The notes under the pieces: generated by a model
Seen by the model: only the letters and a program-made list of their open reading frames with translations
What the model was told of the DNA's origin: nothing
Databases searched by the model: none
Position numbers and translations under genes: made by a program
Shown here: piece by piece, positions 39,140-51,242 of the stretch
Numbering within the stretch: position 1 is the first letter of the stretch
How the letters are laid out: each line of letters begins with the position of its first letter
Source of the DNA: Octopus sinensis
Taxonomy: Eukaryota
Length of the DNA stretch: 64,000 nt
Reading direction: 5' to 3'
NCBI RefSeq assembly: GCF_006345805.1
Contig: NC_043001.1
Coordinates: forward strand, 121,024,001 to 121,088,000

Positions 39140-39245
39140 TCTTTACGTTCTAAATTCAAATTCAAAGGCTTTTTTTCCCACCTTCCCTCATCCCTGGGGT
39201 CGATAAAAATAAGCAACCAGTTAAGAGTGGATGTAATCAACTAAG

Positions 39246-39281
<36 letters not shown>

Positions 39282-39479
39282 GCCGCCCGCAAAAATTTCT
39301 GGCTTTGTACTTGTATTAAAAAGAAATATGCTATATTGTCCGATTCTTTTCTGTTTTGAGCTCAAATCAAAGCTGAAGTCAACTTTGCCTTTCAACGTTT
39401 CGTCGTCTATAAAATAAAGTACCATTCAAGTACTGGGGTCAGTCTTATCGATTCATCTCTTCCTTGCAAAAATTATTAT

Positions 39480-40256
39480 CATGCTTTTCTGGAAAGGCCT
39501 TGACTTGAAGGTGAATATGGTTTTCCTCGACCCAGTCGGTACGATGGTGGTCTTGGACGTAAGCTGCAAAGAAGGCAACAGCGGAACTTTCAGACTAGTG
39601 GCAGTCTATGCCCCAAACAGGAGTTGGACGGCTAGATTTCTTTAGACGTCAAGAAACTTTCCTAGAGACATCTCGCTCATTAGTGTTAGTGGGCGACTGG
39701 AATGGGATCTTAGACACAAGCAAAGAATCTGTAGGAGCAGCGGATAGGAAAATGGGGTACAAAAGCCTTACAAACTTCCTCAGGCATTTCCAACTGTATG
39801 ACAGGCTTCGCCTCGATCACCCAAATATACCAATGTGGACTTAGTCAAATCGCAGTTAGTTATCCAGGTCATACTTAGATAGGTTTGTTTTATTAGGCTA
39901 GCAGATAGACATAGTATAGGTTGCCCACATTTTCAGATCGCCGAATTCTTTTCGATGAGTGGCATTCTTGACACGGTGGGCTTTGGGGCTTAAGTCGAGG
40001 GTATGCTGTGTCTATCGGACAAAGATATCGAGTGCTGCGAGAAGCCGTTTTCAGTGGAGGAAGTGGAAGATGTACTGGACCGCTCCAGAACTATATGCCA
40101 CATGTCGGACTTGTTTGCACCGGTTTTAGCAGCTGTCTACTGCTCCTGGCAACAAACGGGAATCATTCTCAGTCGTGTGAGTCGGGGAGTGGTGACGCTG
40201 CTGAGAAAGGATCCGAACAAGGAGGATGTGATTGAGAACTTCAGATCCATAACTCT
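39480..40256 (+). mobile_element. Older Tx1-like ORF2, 5' part (APE and start of RT), interrupted by the LTR element
   Basis: VFLDPVGTMVVLD, LVAVYAP, LVGDWNGILD, FQLYDRLRLDHPNIPMWT, GVVTLLRKDPNKEDVIENFRSITL. Confidence 0.85.
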
Positions 40257-43200
40257 TGTAAAGGGAACTGGTTGCTTCTTTACACTTTTGGGGTGCAACT
40301 TGGGTGCAACACAATTTCCTTTCTTTTTGTTTCTAGTAACTACCAGTCAGGAACGAAACGCAAGTTTAGAAATATATACAATTCTTTATTCTCTTATTCA
40401 ACAATGAAACACGATGGTATACTGGTATCCATTCTTACAACAATTCAGCATTAATAGAACAGGTTAAATACTAAGCGTCTGTGACAGGAGAATAGGATGA
40501 TCACACGTTTGAAAATACGTCCTTTCTCTTCTATCGCCGTGTCTCAAGTCCCCGACGCTATTAAGGAACGCTATAGAATTTATTCTTCAGTCTCTAGCGC
40601 ATGTGCATGAGGGAACTTCCTTATGCCTTTCCAGAAGGTTCCAGAAGGTTCCAACCCCGCACACGCACACTGAAGAAGGACGTCCGCACACGCACACTGA
40701 AGGATGACGTTGCGTGTGCGTACACTGGAATATGACGTCACTACAAAGGCTCCCCCTCGAGTGCGGAAGCACGAAACAAAATTCCTTGTAGTGGCTTCAG
40801 AATATAAGGTGGATACCGAATCACCAAAATGGCACACAATATGACAAATTAAAACAAAAATCCATAATATAAACAAGCATGCAGCAAAGGAAAAGAAAAA
40901 ATAATACTCAAATGAACAAAGTTCAATTAGTATCGTAACTGTCACTAGGAAGTCAATTGAGAATGTTAAATATAAATCGTCTTTTAAAGTTTCCTCGGCC
41001 AGTGAACAGTTCTGCCTGACCTCGTAACATAAGGTTTGTTCGAGGCGGGCTGCGACGACGAAGATGGTGTTGCCGATGTTGGTGTTGTCAAAGGTGCATG
41101 TGTAAATGGTGGTGCTGTCAAATGTGCATGTGTGAATAGGAATAGCTTCCGGCCAACGTGAGAAACGATCGATAAAAGTTAAATATATATGAGAACCCGT
41201 TACTCACAGGCCATGGTCCAAACAAATCAAGGTGGACATGGCGAAAACGGGCCTCAGGAGAAGAAAACTGTCCAAGTGGAGCACGAACGTGTCCATGGAC
41301 CCTAGCACTCTGGCACTTCAAACAAGAGCGTGCCCAAGAGGTAATCGATCGTCGCATATTGGGCCAAAAGAACTGTGGCAGAGATACCCGGATGTGACAA
41401 TGAATGAAGAGCATCAAAAACAGAACGTTGATGTTTCTCAGGTACTAACGGTCTAGGAGAACCGGTGGATACGTCACAAAGAATAGAGCCTTCTGCTGAA
41501 GGGAGCGGACGGTAGGCAAATTTACAATTGATAAACTTGGCGAAGTTAAATCCAACTCCGCTAAAGGTGGTTGATCCTGCGAAATAGCAGTTAACTCAAT
41601 TGCTGCAGGAGAGGAAATAGAATTGACAGATTGATCGCTAGTAACTCAAAAGGCAGACAGTGCTTCAGCTGAAAGAGTAAGGTTAGCAAGGGCGACAGTG
41701 TAAGCATGCTGGAGTGATGCGCGAGACAGATAATTTTCTCTGTTAATTATGTGACCAACAGGGGTCTAACAGGGGGAAATTATGCCTAAACATGCGCGCA
41801 GCGCATGTGAACATCCGACGTTCTTTGAGTCGGGACGCAGACGTGTTGCAAAACAAGGGAGTACACGTGCAGAACAGAGGTGCATGAGTGCAATAGGGCT
41901 TGCTAGGCTGAAATACAGTGTACAGTATTGAATATGCCAGTGATTAATGCAGTAAGGCTGAGGCTGCCAGCCAGTGCTTGAGCTATTATATGCCTCGGTC
42001 GTTCAGGAACAAAAGTGTGGCATGCTGGCGCGTTGTAAGGGACAAACAACTTTCTCTATGTATGCATGACCGACCTAGGGTCTTACAGAGATGAGTTGTG
42101 TCTACAAGGGCACACTGAGCATGGAAAACAAGCGAGAAAGGCATGTGTGGCGTATGAATGTGACAGAGATAGCATTTGTGTGTGTGTTAACTATGTGTGT
42201 TCGTGTGTGCGACAGAAGTACAAACAAGGTGTATGCGGGTAAAACAGAATACAGCGCATAGGAAAAGTCTCTCAGGGTATTTCAGACAAGATGGAGTTAC
42301 TTTACCAGTTAGTAGTTAAGTACAAAATAGTAGTTCGTTCTGTAACAGGATGTTGGGATCACAAGTGCAGATGCCGGTTGAACACATGTCGTGTAGCGGT
42401 TGTGGCTTCAATGCTGTGCCAGATCACATTGGTACAGAAGATCTCGCAGGTAGTGCTGTGCTGTTAATCTTGGTGTGTATACACGAACAGCGTGTAAGCT
42501 AAACTTCAGCGAGTTGCTGTGTACATATCGTTGAGGTCGACGGTGGTGAAGGCGACAGTGGTGGACTTGAGACACGTGGCTGCTCAGTTCGTAGTAAAGT
42601 ACATATTAGTGTCGCTGGCGACGAAGATGGAGACGACGTGAAGTTGAAGGACGACGATGGTGATGGCAACGGCAGAGAAAGGCATCGTTGAGATGAAGGC
42701 GTCCGTGGTGTAAATGTCCTGTGTTGCTGGTGTATGTTAGCGTCGTCATTAATGCGGAAGATAAGAGAGGCTCCTTTTATAACTGTTGGTAGAAACTAGA
42801 TTTCAGTTAAATCACGTCGGGGTCACCACTGTAAAGGGAACTGGTTGCTTCTTTACACTTTTGGGGTGCAACTTGGGTGCAACACAATTTCCTTTCTTTT
42901 TGTTTCTAGTAACTACCAGTCAGGAACGAAACGCAAGTTTAGAAATATACAATTCTTTATTCTCTTATTCAACAATGAAACACGATGGTATACTGGTATC
43001 CATTCTTACAACAATTCAGCATTAATAGAACAGGTTAAATACTAAGCGTCTGTGACAGGAGAATAGGATGATCACACGTTTGAAAATACGTCCTTTCTCT
43101 TCTATCGCCGTGTCTCAAGTCCCCGACGCTATTAAGGAACGCTATAGAATTATTCTTCAGTCTCTAGCGCATGTGCATGAGGGAACTTCCTTATGCTTTC

Positions 43201-45889
43201 CAGAAGGTTCCAGAAGGTTCCAACCCCGCACACGCACACTGAAGAAGGACGTCCGCACACGCACACTGAAGGATGACGTTGCGTGTGCGTACACTGGAAT
43301 ATGACGTCACTACAAAGGCTCCCCCTCGAGTGCGGAAGCACGAAACAAAATTCCTTGTAGTGGCTTCAGAATATAAGGTGGATACCGAATCACCAAAATG
43401 GCACACAATATGACAAATTAAAACAAAAATCCATAATATAAACAAGCATGCAGCAAAGGAAAAGAAAAAATAATACTCAAATGAACAAAGTTCAATTAGT
43501 ATCGTAACTGTCACTAGGAAGTCAATTGAGAATGTTAAATATAAATCGTCTTTTAAAGTTTCCTCGGCCAGTGAACAGTTCTGCCTGACCTCGTAACATA
43601 AGGTTTGTTCGAGGCGGGCTGCGACGACGAAGATGGTGTTGCCGATGTTGGTGTTGTCAAAGGTGCATGTGTAAATGGTGGTGCTGTCAAATGTGCATGT
43701 GTGAATAGGAATAGCTTCCGGCCAACGTGAGAAACGATCGATAAAAGTTAAATATATATGAGAACCCGTTACTCACAGGCCATGGTCCAAACAATCAAGG
43801 TGGACATGGCGAAAACGGGCCTCAGGAGAAGAAAAAACTGTCCAAGTGGAGCACGAACGTGTCCATGGACCCTAGCACTCTGGCACTTCAAACAAGAGCG
43901 TGCCCAAGAGGTAATCGATCGTCGCATATTGGGCCAAAAGAACTGTGGCAGAGATACCCGGATGTGACAATGAATGAAGAGCATCAAAAACAGAACGTTG
44001 ATGTTTCTCAGGTACTAACGGTCTAGGAGAACCGGTGGATACGTCACAAAGAATAGAGCCTTCTGCTGAAGGGAGCGGACGGTAGGCAAATTTACAATTG
44101 ATAAACTTGGGCGAAGTTAAATCCAACTCCGCTAAAGGTGGTTGATCCTGCGAAATAGCAGTTAACTCAATTGCTGCAGGAGAGGAAATAGAATTGACAG
44201 ATTGATCGCTAGTAACTCAAAAGGCAGACAGTGCTTCAGCTGAAAGAGTAAGGTTAGCAAGGGCGACAGTGTAAGCATGCTGGAGTGATGCGCGAGACAG
44301 ATAATTTTCTCTGTTAATTATGTGACCAACAGGGGTCTAACAGGGGGAAATTATGCCTAAACATGCGTGCAGCGCATGTGAACATCCGACGTTCTTTGAG
44401 TCGGGACGCAGACGTGTTGCAAAACAAGGGAGTACACGTGCAGAACAGAGGTGCATGAGTGCAATAGGGCTTGCTAGGCTGAAATACAGTGTACAGTATT
44501 GAATATGCCAGTGATTAATGCAGTAAGGCTGAGGCTGCCAGCCAGTGCTTGAGCTATTATATGCCTCGGTCGTTCAGGAACAAAAGTGTGGCATGCTGGC
44601 GCGTTGTAAGGGACAAACAACTTTCTCTATGTATGCATGACCGACCTAGGGTCTTACAGAGATGAGTTGTGTCTACAAGGGCACACTGAGCATGGAAAAC
44701 AAGCGAGAAAGGCATGTGTGGCGTATGAATGTGACAGAGATAGCATTTGTGTGTGTATTAACTATGTGTGTTCGTGTGTGCGACAGAAGTACAAACAAGG
44801 TGTATGCGGGTAAAACAGAATACAGCGCATAGGAAAAGTCTCTCAGGGTATTTCAGACAAGATGGAGTTAATTTACCAGTTAGTAGTTAAGTACAAAATA
44901 GTAGTTCGTTCTGTAACAGGATGTTGGGATCACAAGTGCAGATGCCGGTTGAACACATGTCGTGTAGCGGTTGTGGCTTCAATGCTGTGCCAGATCACAT
45001 TGGTACAGAAGATCTCGCAGGGAGTGCTGTGCTGTTAATCTTGGTGTGTATACACGAACAGCGTGTAAGCTAAACTTCAGCGAGTTGCTGTGTACATATC
45101 GTTGAGGTCGACGGTGGTGAAGGCGACAGTGGTGGACTTGAGACACGTGGCTGCTCAGTTCGTAGTAAAGTACATATTAGTGTTGCTGGCGACGAAGATG
45201 GAGACGACGTGAAGTTGAAGGACGACGATGGTGATGGCAACGGCAGAGAAAGGCATCGTTGAGATGAAGGCGTCCGTGGTGTAAATGTCCTGTGTTGCTG
45301 GTGTATGTTAGCGTCGTCATTAATGCGGAAGATAAGAGAGGCTCCTTTTATAACTGTTGGTAGAAACTAGATTTCAGTTAAATCACGTCGGGGTCACCAC
45401 TGTAAAGGGAACTGGTTGCTTCTTTACACTTTTGGGGTGCAACTTGGGTGCAACACAATTTCCTTTCTTTTTGTTTCTAGTAACTACCAGTCAGGAACGA
45501 AACGCAAGTTTAGAAATATATACAATTCTTTATTCTCTTATTCAACAATGAAACACGATGGTATACTGGTATCCATTCTTACAACAATTCAGCATTAATA
45601 GAACAGGTTAAATACTAAGCGTCTGTGACAGGAGAATAGGATGATCACACGTTTGAAAATACGTCCTTTCTCTTCTATCGCCGTGTCTCAAGTCCCCGAC
45701 GCTATTAAGGAACGCTATAGAATTTATTCTTCAGTCTCTAGCGCATGTGCATGAGGGAACTTCCTTATGCCTTTCCAGAAGGTTCCAGAAGGTTCCAACC
45801 CCGCACACGCACACTGAAGAAGGACGTCCGCACACGCACACTGAAGGATGACGTTGCGTGTGCGCACACTGGAATATGACGTCACTACA
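40257..45889 (-). mobile_element. Non-autonomous Ty3/Gypsy element in tandem: LTR-internal-LTR-internal-LTR
   Basis: LTRs at 40257-40745, 42830-43314 and 45401-45889 (TG..CA), period about 2.57 kb. PBS TGGTGACCCCGACGTGATT beside the LTRs at 42830 and 45401, PPT GAGGGGGAGCC beside 40746 and 43315, and 4-bp TSD CTCT (40253-40256, 45890-45893). Confidence 0.95.
41118..41620 (-). pseudogene. Gypsy integrase N-terminal fragment (HHCC), duplicated at about 43690-44190
   Basis: CDVSTGSPRPLVPEKHQRSVFDALHSLSHPGISAT..FFWPNMRRSITSWARSCLKCQSARVHGHVRAP..FRHVHLDLFGPWPVSNGFSY. Confidence 0.85.
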
Positions 45890-46580
45890 CTCTACTCAAC
45901 ACTAAGTTAAAAACTTTAGCTAAGGTGCTCCTCAAGAGACTGCCGCTTGTTGTCGGTAGCATAATCGGGGATACACAAACTTGTGCGATCCCCGGTAGAT
46001 CTATCCACGACAATGTCCACCTCATCGAAGAACGGGTCAAGAATAGATCGAACTTTGGAGGGGCACTGGTCAGTTTGGTCCAGTCCAAAGCTTTTGACGA
46101 AGTGGACCATCGCTATCTAGTGACTTCCTAAAAGCTTTCGGTTTCGGTTCCGTCTTCAGAGGCTGGATCACCACCATATATCGTGGCATCTGCTCGGTTG
46201 TCAAATTGAATGGCCACCTCACGGAAACTTTCAGTATTGAACCCTCGGTACATCAAGGTTTCCCCCTCTCCCCGCTTGTATATATATATATATTAGCTTT
46301 AGAACCCTTGCTGCGAAGGATGGAGAATTTGAGGGGTATCCCTCTGGACCTAGGTCACAGAAGAGCTGTGTTTGCATTCGCGGACGACCTCACTGTCATG
46401 CTTCGGACATAGAAAAGATCGACAGTATACTGAAGGACTACCAGGAATGCACAGGAGCTCTCATAAACCAGGACAAGCCAGTAGGTCGGCAATTAGGCTC
46501 TTGGAGAAGCAAGTCGACTAGTAGCGATTTCTATCGCTGGACAGAGCGTCTGGTGAACGTTCTCGGAGTCTGGTTCGGAA
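45890..46580 (+). mobile_element. Continuation of the older Tx1-like RT
   Basis: LNTKLKTLAKVLLKRL..QTCAIPGRSIHDNVHL..VQSKAFDEVDHRY..VHQGFPLSP..AFADDLTV; joins 40256 in frame at SITL|LNT. Confidence 0.9.
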
Positions 46581-46703
46581 CGCAATTACCAAACTTTCAT
46601 TCATAAATCCATTTATTATTTCGTTCTTTTGCATTTCAATTTGTACATTTGTACCCAGAAATTTTCAGCAACTGCACGCCAGAAGAAAGGGGAAAAAAAT
46701 GAA

Positions 46704-47007
46704 ATTCCCAGAATTAAACTTAGCCCAAGTGATGCAAATATTCCATTCACACTAAACGGACTTCAATTTCCACTTCGACTTGCAGATTCAATGACAATTA
46801 ATTAGGCTCAAGGGCAAACATTTGAAAAAGTTGCAATACATTTGCCTCAACCAGTATTTTCTCATGGCCTTTTATATGTCGCATTTCCAAGAGCACGAGC
46901 TATGAGCAATATCAAAGTAAGAGTTATGACACACAATTGAGATAACAAACAAGGCCAAAAACGTGGTGTGACATACACACAAAATAGTCTACCATGAAGT
47001 ACTGTGA
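46704..47007 (+). mobile_element. Helitron Rep/Hel helicase C-terminal fragment
   Basis: IPRIKLSPSDANIPFTLNGLQFPLRLADSMTIN*AQGQTFEKVAIHLPQPVFSHGLLYVAFPRAR..VYHEVL* matches PIF1-type motifs V/VI and the usual Helitron ORF terminus. Confidence 0.85.
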
Positions 47008-47171
47008 GGAAGACCACCGCACCAGCTAGCATCACCAGCACACCGACCGCTCCATCATTACGCATCCACATTACACCAGTTAGGGGCCCGCTGGATCTCT
47101 TTTGGCATACCAGCAAACCAAAATATCGCACCAGCCAGCAACACCACTACCTCCAAGCCTGTCATATGTAA

Positions 47172-47400
47172 GTATGTATGTATGTATGTATGTATGTATG
47201 TATGTATGTATGTATGTATGTATGTATGTATGTATGTGTATTTGTCCCACCACCAACATTGCTTGACAAGCAGAAGAGACTGATAGAATAAGCATCAGAC
47301 TTACAGCGAATAAGTTCAGGGGTCAATTTCTATGACTAAAAGGTGGTGCTCCAGCATAGCCACCGTGAAATGACTGAAACAAGTAAAAGAATAAAAGAAT
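47172..47400 (+). mobile_element. (GTAT)n plus the 3' half of SINE family A
   Basis: tttgtccccaccaccaacattgcttgacaag...ggtggtgctccagcatagccaccgtgaaatgactgaaacaagtaaaagaataaaagaat. Confidence 0.85.
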
Positions 47401-47414
47401 ACCAGAAAAACGCT

Positions 47415-48690
47415 TCCTCCCATCCTTGGAATTTTCCAGGAAGTACCCACCCTCCTCAGACTTTTCCAGGAAGTCATTCCGCCTTCTCTTCAGACTTTAC
47501 AAGGAAATCTTTCTTCCCTTTCCTCTGACTTTTCCTGGAGGTCCCACTCACTTTTCCTCGGCATTTTCATGGACTTTTCCAGAAAATTCATTTTATTCTT
47601 CCTCGGACTTTTCCAGGCAGTCCTACTCAGACTATTCCAGGAAGTCCTTCGTCCCGTCCTGGGACTTTGCCAGGAAGTCCTTTCTTCTCCTTCTCCGACT
47701 TTTCCAGGAAGTCCTTCCTCCTCCTCGGACATTTCCAGGACGTGCCACTCACCCCCTCCTCAGACTTTTCCAGGAAGTCCTTCCTCCCCTCTTTGGACTT
47801 TTCCAAGATGTCCTTCTACCCGCTCCTCCCCTCCCTGTCCATCCTTGGTGTTTTCCGGGAATTTCTTCCTCTCCCTCCTCGCCTTCCCGTCCTCATTGGA
47901 ATTTTTCAGGAAGTTCTTCCTCCCCCTGCTCCTCCTCATTGTAATTTTCCAGGAAGAACCATTCACCCTCCTCAGACATTTCCATGAAGTTCATCCACTC
48001 GCTTCTCCTCCTTCGCCACTCACCTCCTCCTTGGACATTTCCAGGAAGTGACACTGACCTCCTCCTCGAACTTTTCCAGGAAGTCCTTACTCCCCTCCTT
48101 GGAATTTTCTAGGAAGTCCCACTCACCCCCTGGACTTTTCCAGGGAGTTCCACTCATTCTCTCCTCGTACGTTTCCAGGAAGTAATTCACCTCTCCTTGG
48201 ACTTTTCCAGGAAGTTCTTCCTCCACTCCTTGGAATTTTCAAGGATGTTCCACTCACTCACCCCTCGGACTTTTCCAGGAAGTTCCACTCACTCCTCATC
48301 GGACGTTTCCAGGAAGTCCTTCCTCCGCTCTTCTCCTTCTTCCCCTAGGACTTTTCCAGGAAGTCCCACTCAGCCCCTTCTCGGACTTTTCCAGAGTCAC
48401 TTTCATCCGCTCCTTGGAATTTTCCAGGAAGTACTCACCCCCTCCTCGGACTGTTCCAGGAAGTCCTTCCTCCCCTCCTCCCCTCCTCCCCTCGTCCTTT
48501 CTTCATTTTCCTCCTCTCCTTGGAATTTTCCAGGAATCCCACTCAGCCCTCGGACTTTTCCAGGCAGTCCTTCCTCCCCCTCCCCTTACTTTCCTTCCCT
48601 TCATCTCCTTCTTTGGAATTTTACGGGAGTCCCCATCCGCTCTCCTCGGACTTTTTCAGGAAGTCCTCCCTCCCCTCCTTTCCCTTACTC
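47415..48690. repeat. Variable-spacing minisatellite with core GGA(C/A)TTTTCCAGGAAGT
   Basis: About 16 exact TTCCAGGAA copies by manual count (first 47434-47442, last 48528-48536), plus many variants, separated by C/T-rich spacers. Confidence 0.9.
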
Positions 48691-48901
48691 CCCTTTAGTA
48701 ATGCAGGAGAGTTTTCAATTAATATACATTGGATATTTGCAAATAACATATAATTAGTTTACGCAGATGTACGTAGATTTACATATACATAAGCAAACAT
48801 GCATGGACACTGATATAGGTACACGTATACTAAATTATATATATACCAATACACAAATAGATATGTGTATATATATATATATCCATATACCCATACATAT
48901 A

Positions 48902-49810
48902 CCGTAAATCCTCGAGTATAATCGGGATTTTTCCCCAAAATTTAAAGGTCAAAATCCCTAGTGCGTATTATATACGAGGTTAAAAATGAAAAATATTTTC
49001 TAAGCAATGTCCGAGTCTCTATTTGCTGTCCGGCTAAGCCTGAAAGCAATGAAGTCATAAAAGAATCATCCATTACTTGTGGTAAGCAACATTTATTAAA
49101 ACAAAAGTATACATAACACAGAATAACATGTAACAAAAACAATTTGCAAACATATCTACATTCCCATATAACAGTTAAGTACATTACCATTATTGTATTA
49201 CGCATGCGCAGAAGTGTTTGTTCGGCTAGGTGCTGCTGGCTTAATTACGCGCGAATTGTCCTAAATAGTTTAGCGCTAAACAGTTCATCTTGTTGTTTGT
49301 ATTGGCAATTTGCATCATTACCGTGGCAAACAATAGATACTTAATTAAATACCAGTATTAAATGTTTGAACTACTGTGGGTCTTTACTAGGGTTTTTTAT
49401 AAGCGTGACTTAAACCTGTACATTAATCTCCAATAAAACATTTTATACATTACATGCCCATAAAATGCCTCGTAGATCTTATTCAGCTATGGTTAGACTT
49501 GAAGTTATATTATATGCTGAAGAGCATGATAATAGGGCCGCCGGAAGAAAACTTGATATTGACGAAAGCAATGTCAGGTTATGGAGCAGAAATAAAGATG
49601 AAATTAAACAGATGCCAAAGATAAAGAAGGCAATAATAATGGACGTTACCGTATACATTTTAACAAACCAAGGACGTTATATAGACCTCCTTGACTCAAG
49701 TTATAGAAGAGGTGCGTATTATACACAAGGTTAGTTTTTTCAGAGGTACAGCCCCCTAAAAATCACCTGCGTATTATACTCAAGGGCGGACTATACTCGA
49801 GGATTTACGG
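48902..49810 (+). mobile_element. pogo-type (POGK/Brinker-DBD) Tc1/mariner deletion derivative
   Basis: Perfect 19-bp TIR ccgtaaatcctcgagtata, TA TSDs (48900-48901, 49811-49812), and subterminal tgcgtattata repeats at about 48962, 49713 and 49768. Confidence 0.92.
49465..49734 (+). CDS. Truncated pogo transposase, N-terminal Brinker-like DNA-binding domain only
   Basis: MPRRSYSAMVRLEVILYAEEHDNRAAGRKLDIDESNVRLWSRNK resembles the BrkDBD of POGK-like transposases. No DDD domain; expression unknown. Confidence 0.6.
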   Translation: MPRRSYSAMVRLEVILYAEEHDNRAAGRKLDIDESNVRLWSRNKDEIKQMPKIKKAIIMDVTVYILTNQGRYIDLLDSSYRRGAYYTQG

Positions 49811-49930
49811 TACATATATATGCATATATATAGACACACATACACCCATACACATGCGTGCACATTCCCACATACACATCCTTATAAAAACACATATATA
49901 CACACTCATTAGATATTTATACACACTTAG

Positions 49931-49973
<43 letters not shown>

Positions 49974-50139
49974 TTAAAGATTATATGATTTCTAACTTGC
50001 ATAACTGCACATTCAGATATATATATATATAAAATGACAACAAAAAACGAGACCTTGATATTATGGAAATAGGGGAATTTGTATATATATCTATATCTTT
50101 CTCTTTGTGTGTGTGTGTCTGTGGATGTATGTGCGTGTG

Positions 50140-50290
50140 TTTGTGTCTGTGTTTGTCCCACTACCACCATTACTTGACAACCGATGTTGGTGCGTTTGCC
50201 TCCCTGTTCAGCAGAAGAGACTGATAGAATAAATACCAGGCTTACAGGGAATAAGTCCAGGGGTCAATTTCTGACTGGAAACTATACCAG
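50140..50290 (+). mobile_element. SINE family A 3' fragment
   Basis: tgtttgtccc..acttgacaaccgatgttggtg..gatagaataaataccaggcttacagggaataagtccaggggtcaattt. Confidence 0.8.
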
Positions 50291-50399
50291 CATTAGAACG
50301 CAATCTCATACCCATCGGTTTCAACGGACGGCAATATACTTCAGAAGGATATATGAAAACTATCAAACGGGTAGAATATACGAAGTGACGGGAGGGAAA

Positions 50400-50560
50400 G
50401 GTTCGGGTGACCCCCCCCCCCCGTAGCTCTATGTAAATAAAATTATAATCAAATATTTATTTTAATTTTCTGCTGATTTTTTTCGCAAATTAGATGACTA
50501 AATGTGGATTCAATTAAATAACTGAGAACACCCTCGGTCGAAATCTTGGCTACGCCCATG
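50400..50560 (-). mobile_element. hAT-like terminus fragment
   Basis: Reverse complement begins catgggcgtagccaagattt, a typical hAT-type end. Confidence 0.45.
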
Positions 50561-50759
50561 TAAAAATACCATTGCAGAAATAGCTAGAATAAGTGAAGTG
50601 AAAACAAACAATACTCGTTTTATTTTTTTAGCGTTTTTTTTTAGCATATTTCCCTGCTGATCATGCATCATATACGATACACATTCCCATTTTTTTTTTT
50701 TTTTTTCAACCACCAGAGTAACTTGGGACTTACGAAAGGAAAGCTTTATATTAATTACA

Positions 50760-50960
50760 CAGAACGTGTGAAATAAGGGCCAACTAAAAGTCTGAAAACA
50801 AGCATGGATGGTTAAAAGACACTTATGAAAACGCTTTGGACAGCAAATGATTCATGGCTTTTGTTAAAAGGGAAAGAGCGATGGCCAATACCATTTCCAA
50901 GGCTTCTGGGATTTGTGGGAAGAAAGGAAGAAGTGGTCCTCAGACTAGTGACCTGACCTG
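50760..50960 (+). mobile_element. Tc1/mariner transposase relic
   Basis: ..LWEERKKWSSD**PDLNA resembles the W..E.WP..SPDLNP motif. Confidence 0.4.
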
Positions 50961-51242
50961 AATGCTTGAAACACCAAGTTTTGATGTTAAACTGAGTAAC
51001 GGATTAAGAATGATTTTAATAATCATAAGAAGAAAAGAAAACTGCAAAGAAAGACGTCGGCAAATAAATAGAACTCGACAACATACGAAATATAGCACTG
51101 CTGGGTTGCTAAGTCTGGCACACAGATGACGTAGATACAAAAACCACACATACATACACACACACACAAACACCAAGATACCAAGACACCCAGAGACGCA
51201 CTTAGCCACGCAGTGAAAGCAAGCAACGGTGAGACTACTGCA

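Noticed and set aside
42810-42828. tRNA-Trp fragment
   Set aside because: Only the 3' 19 nt including CCA are present, next to an LTR; this is a primer-binding site.
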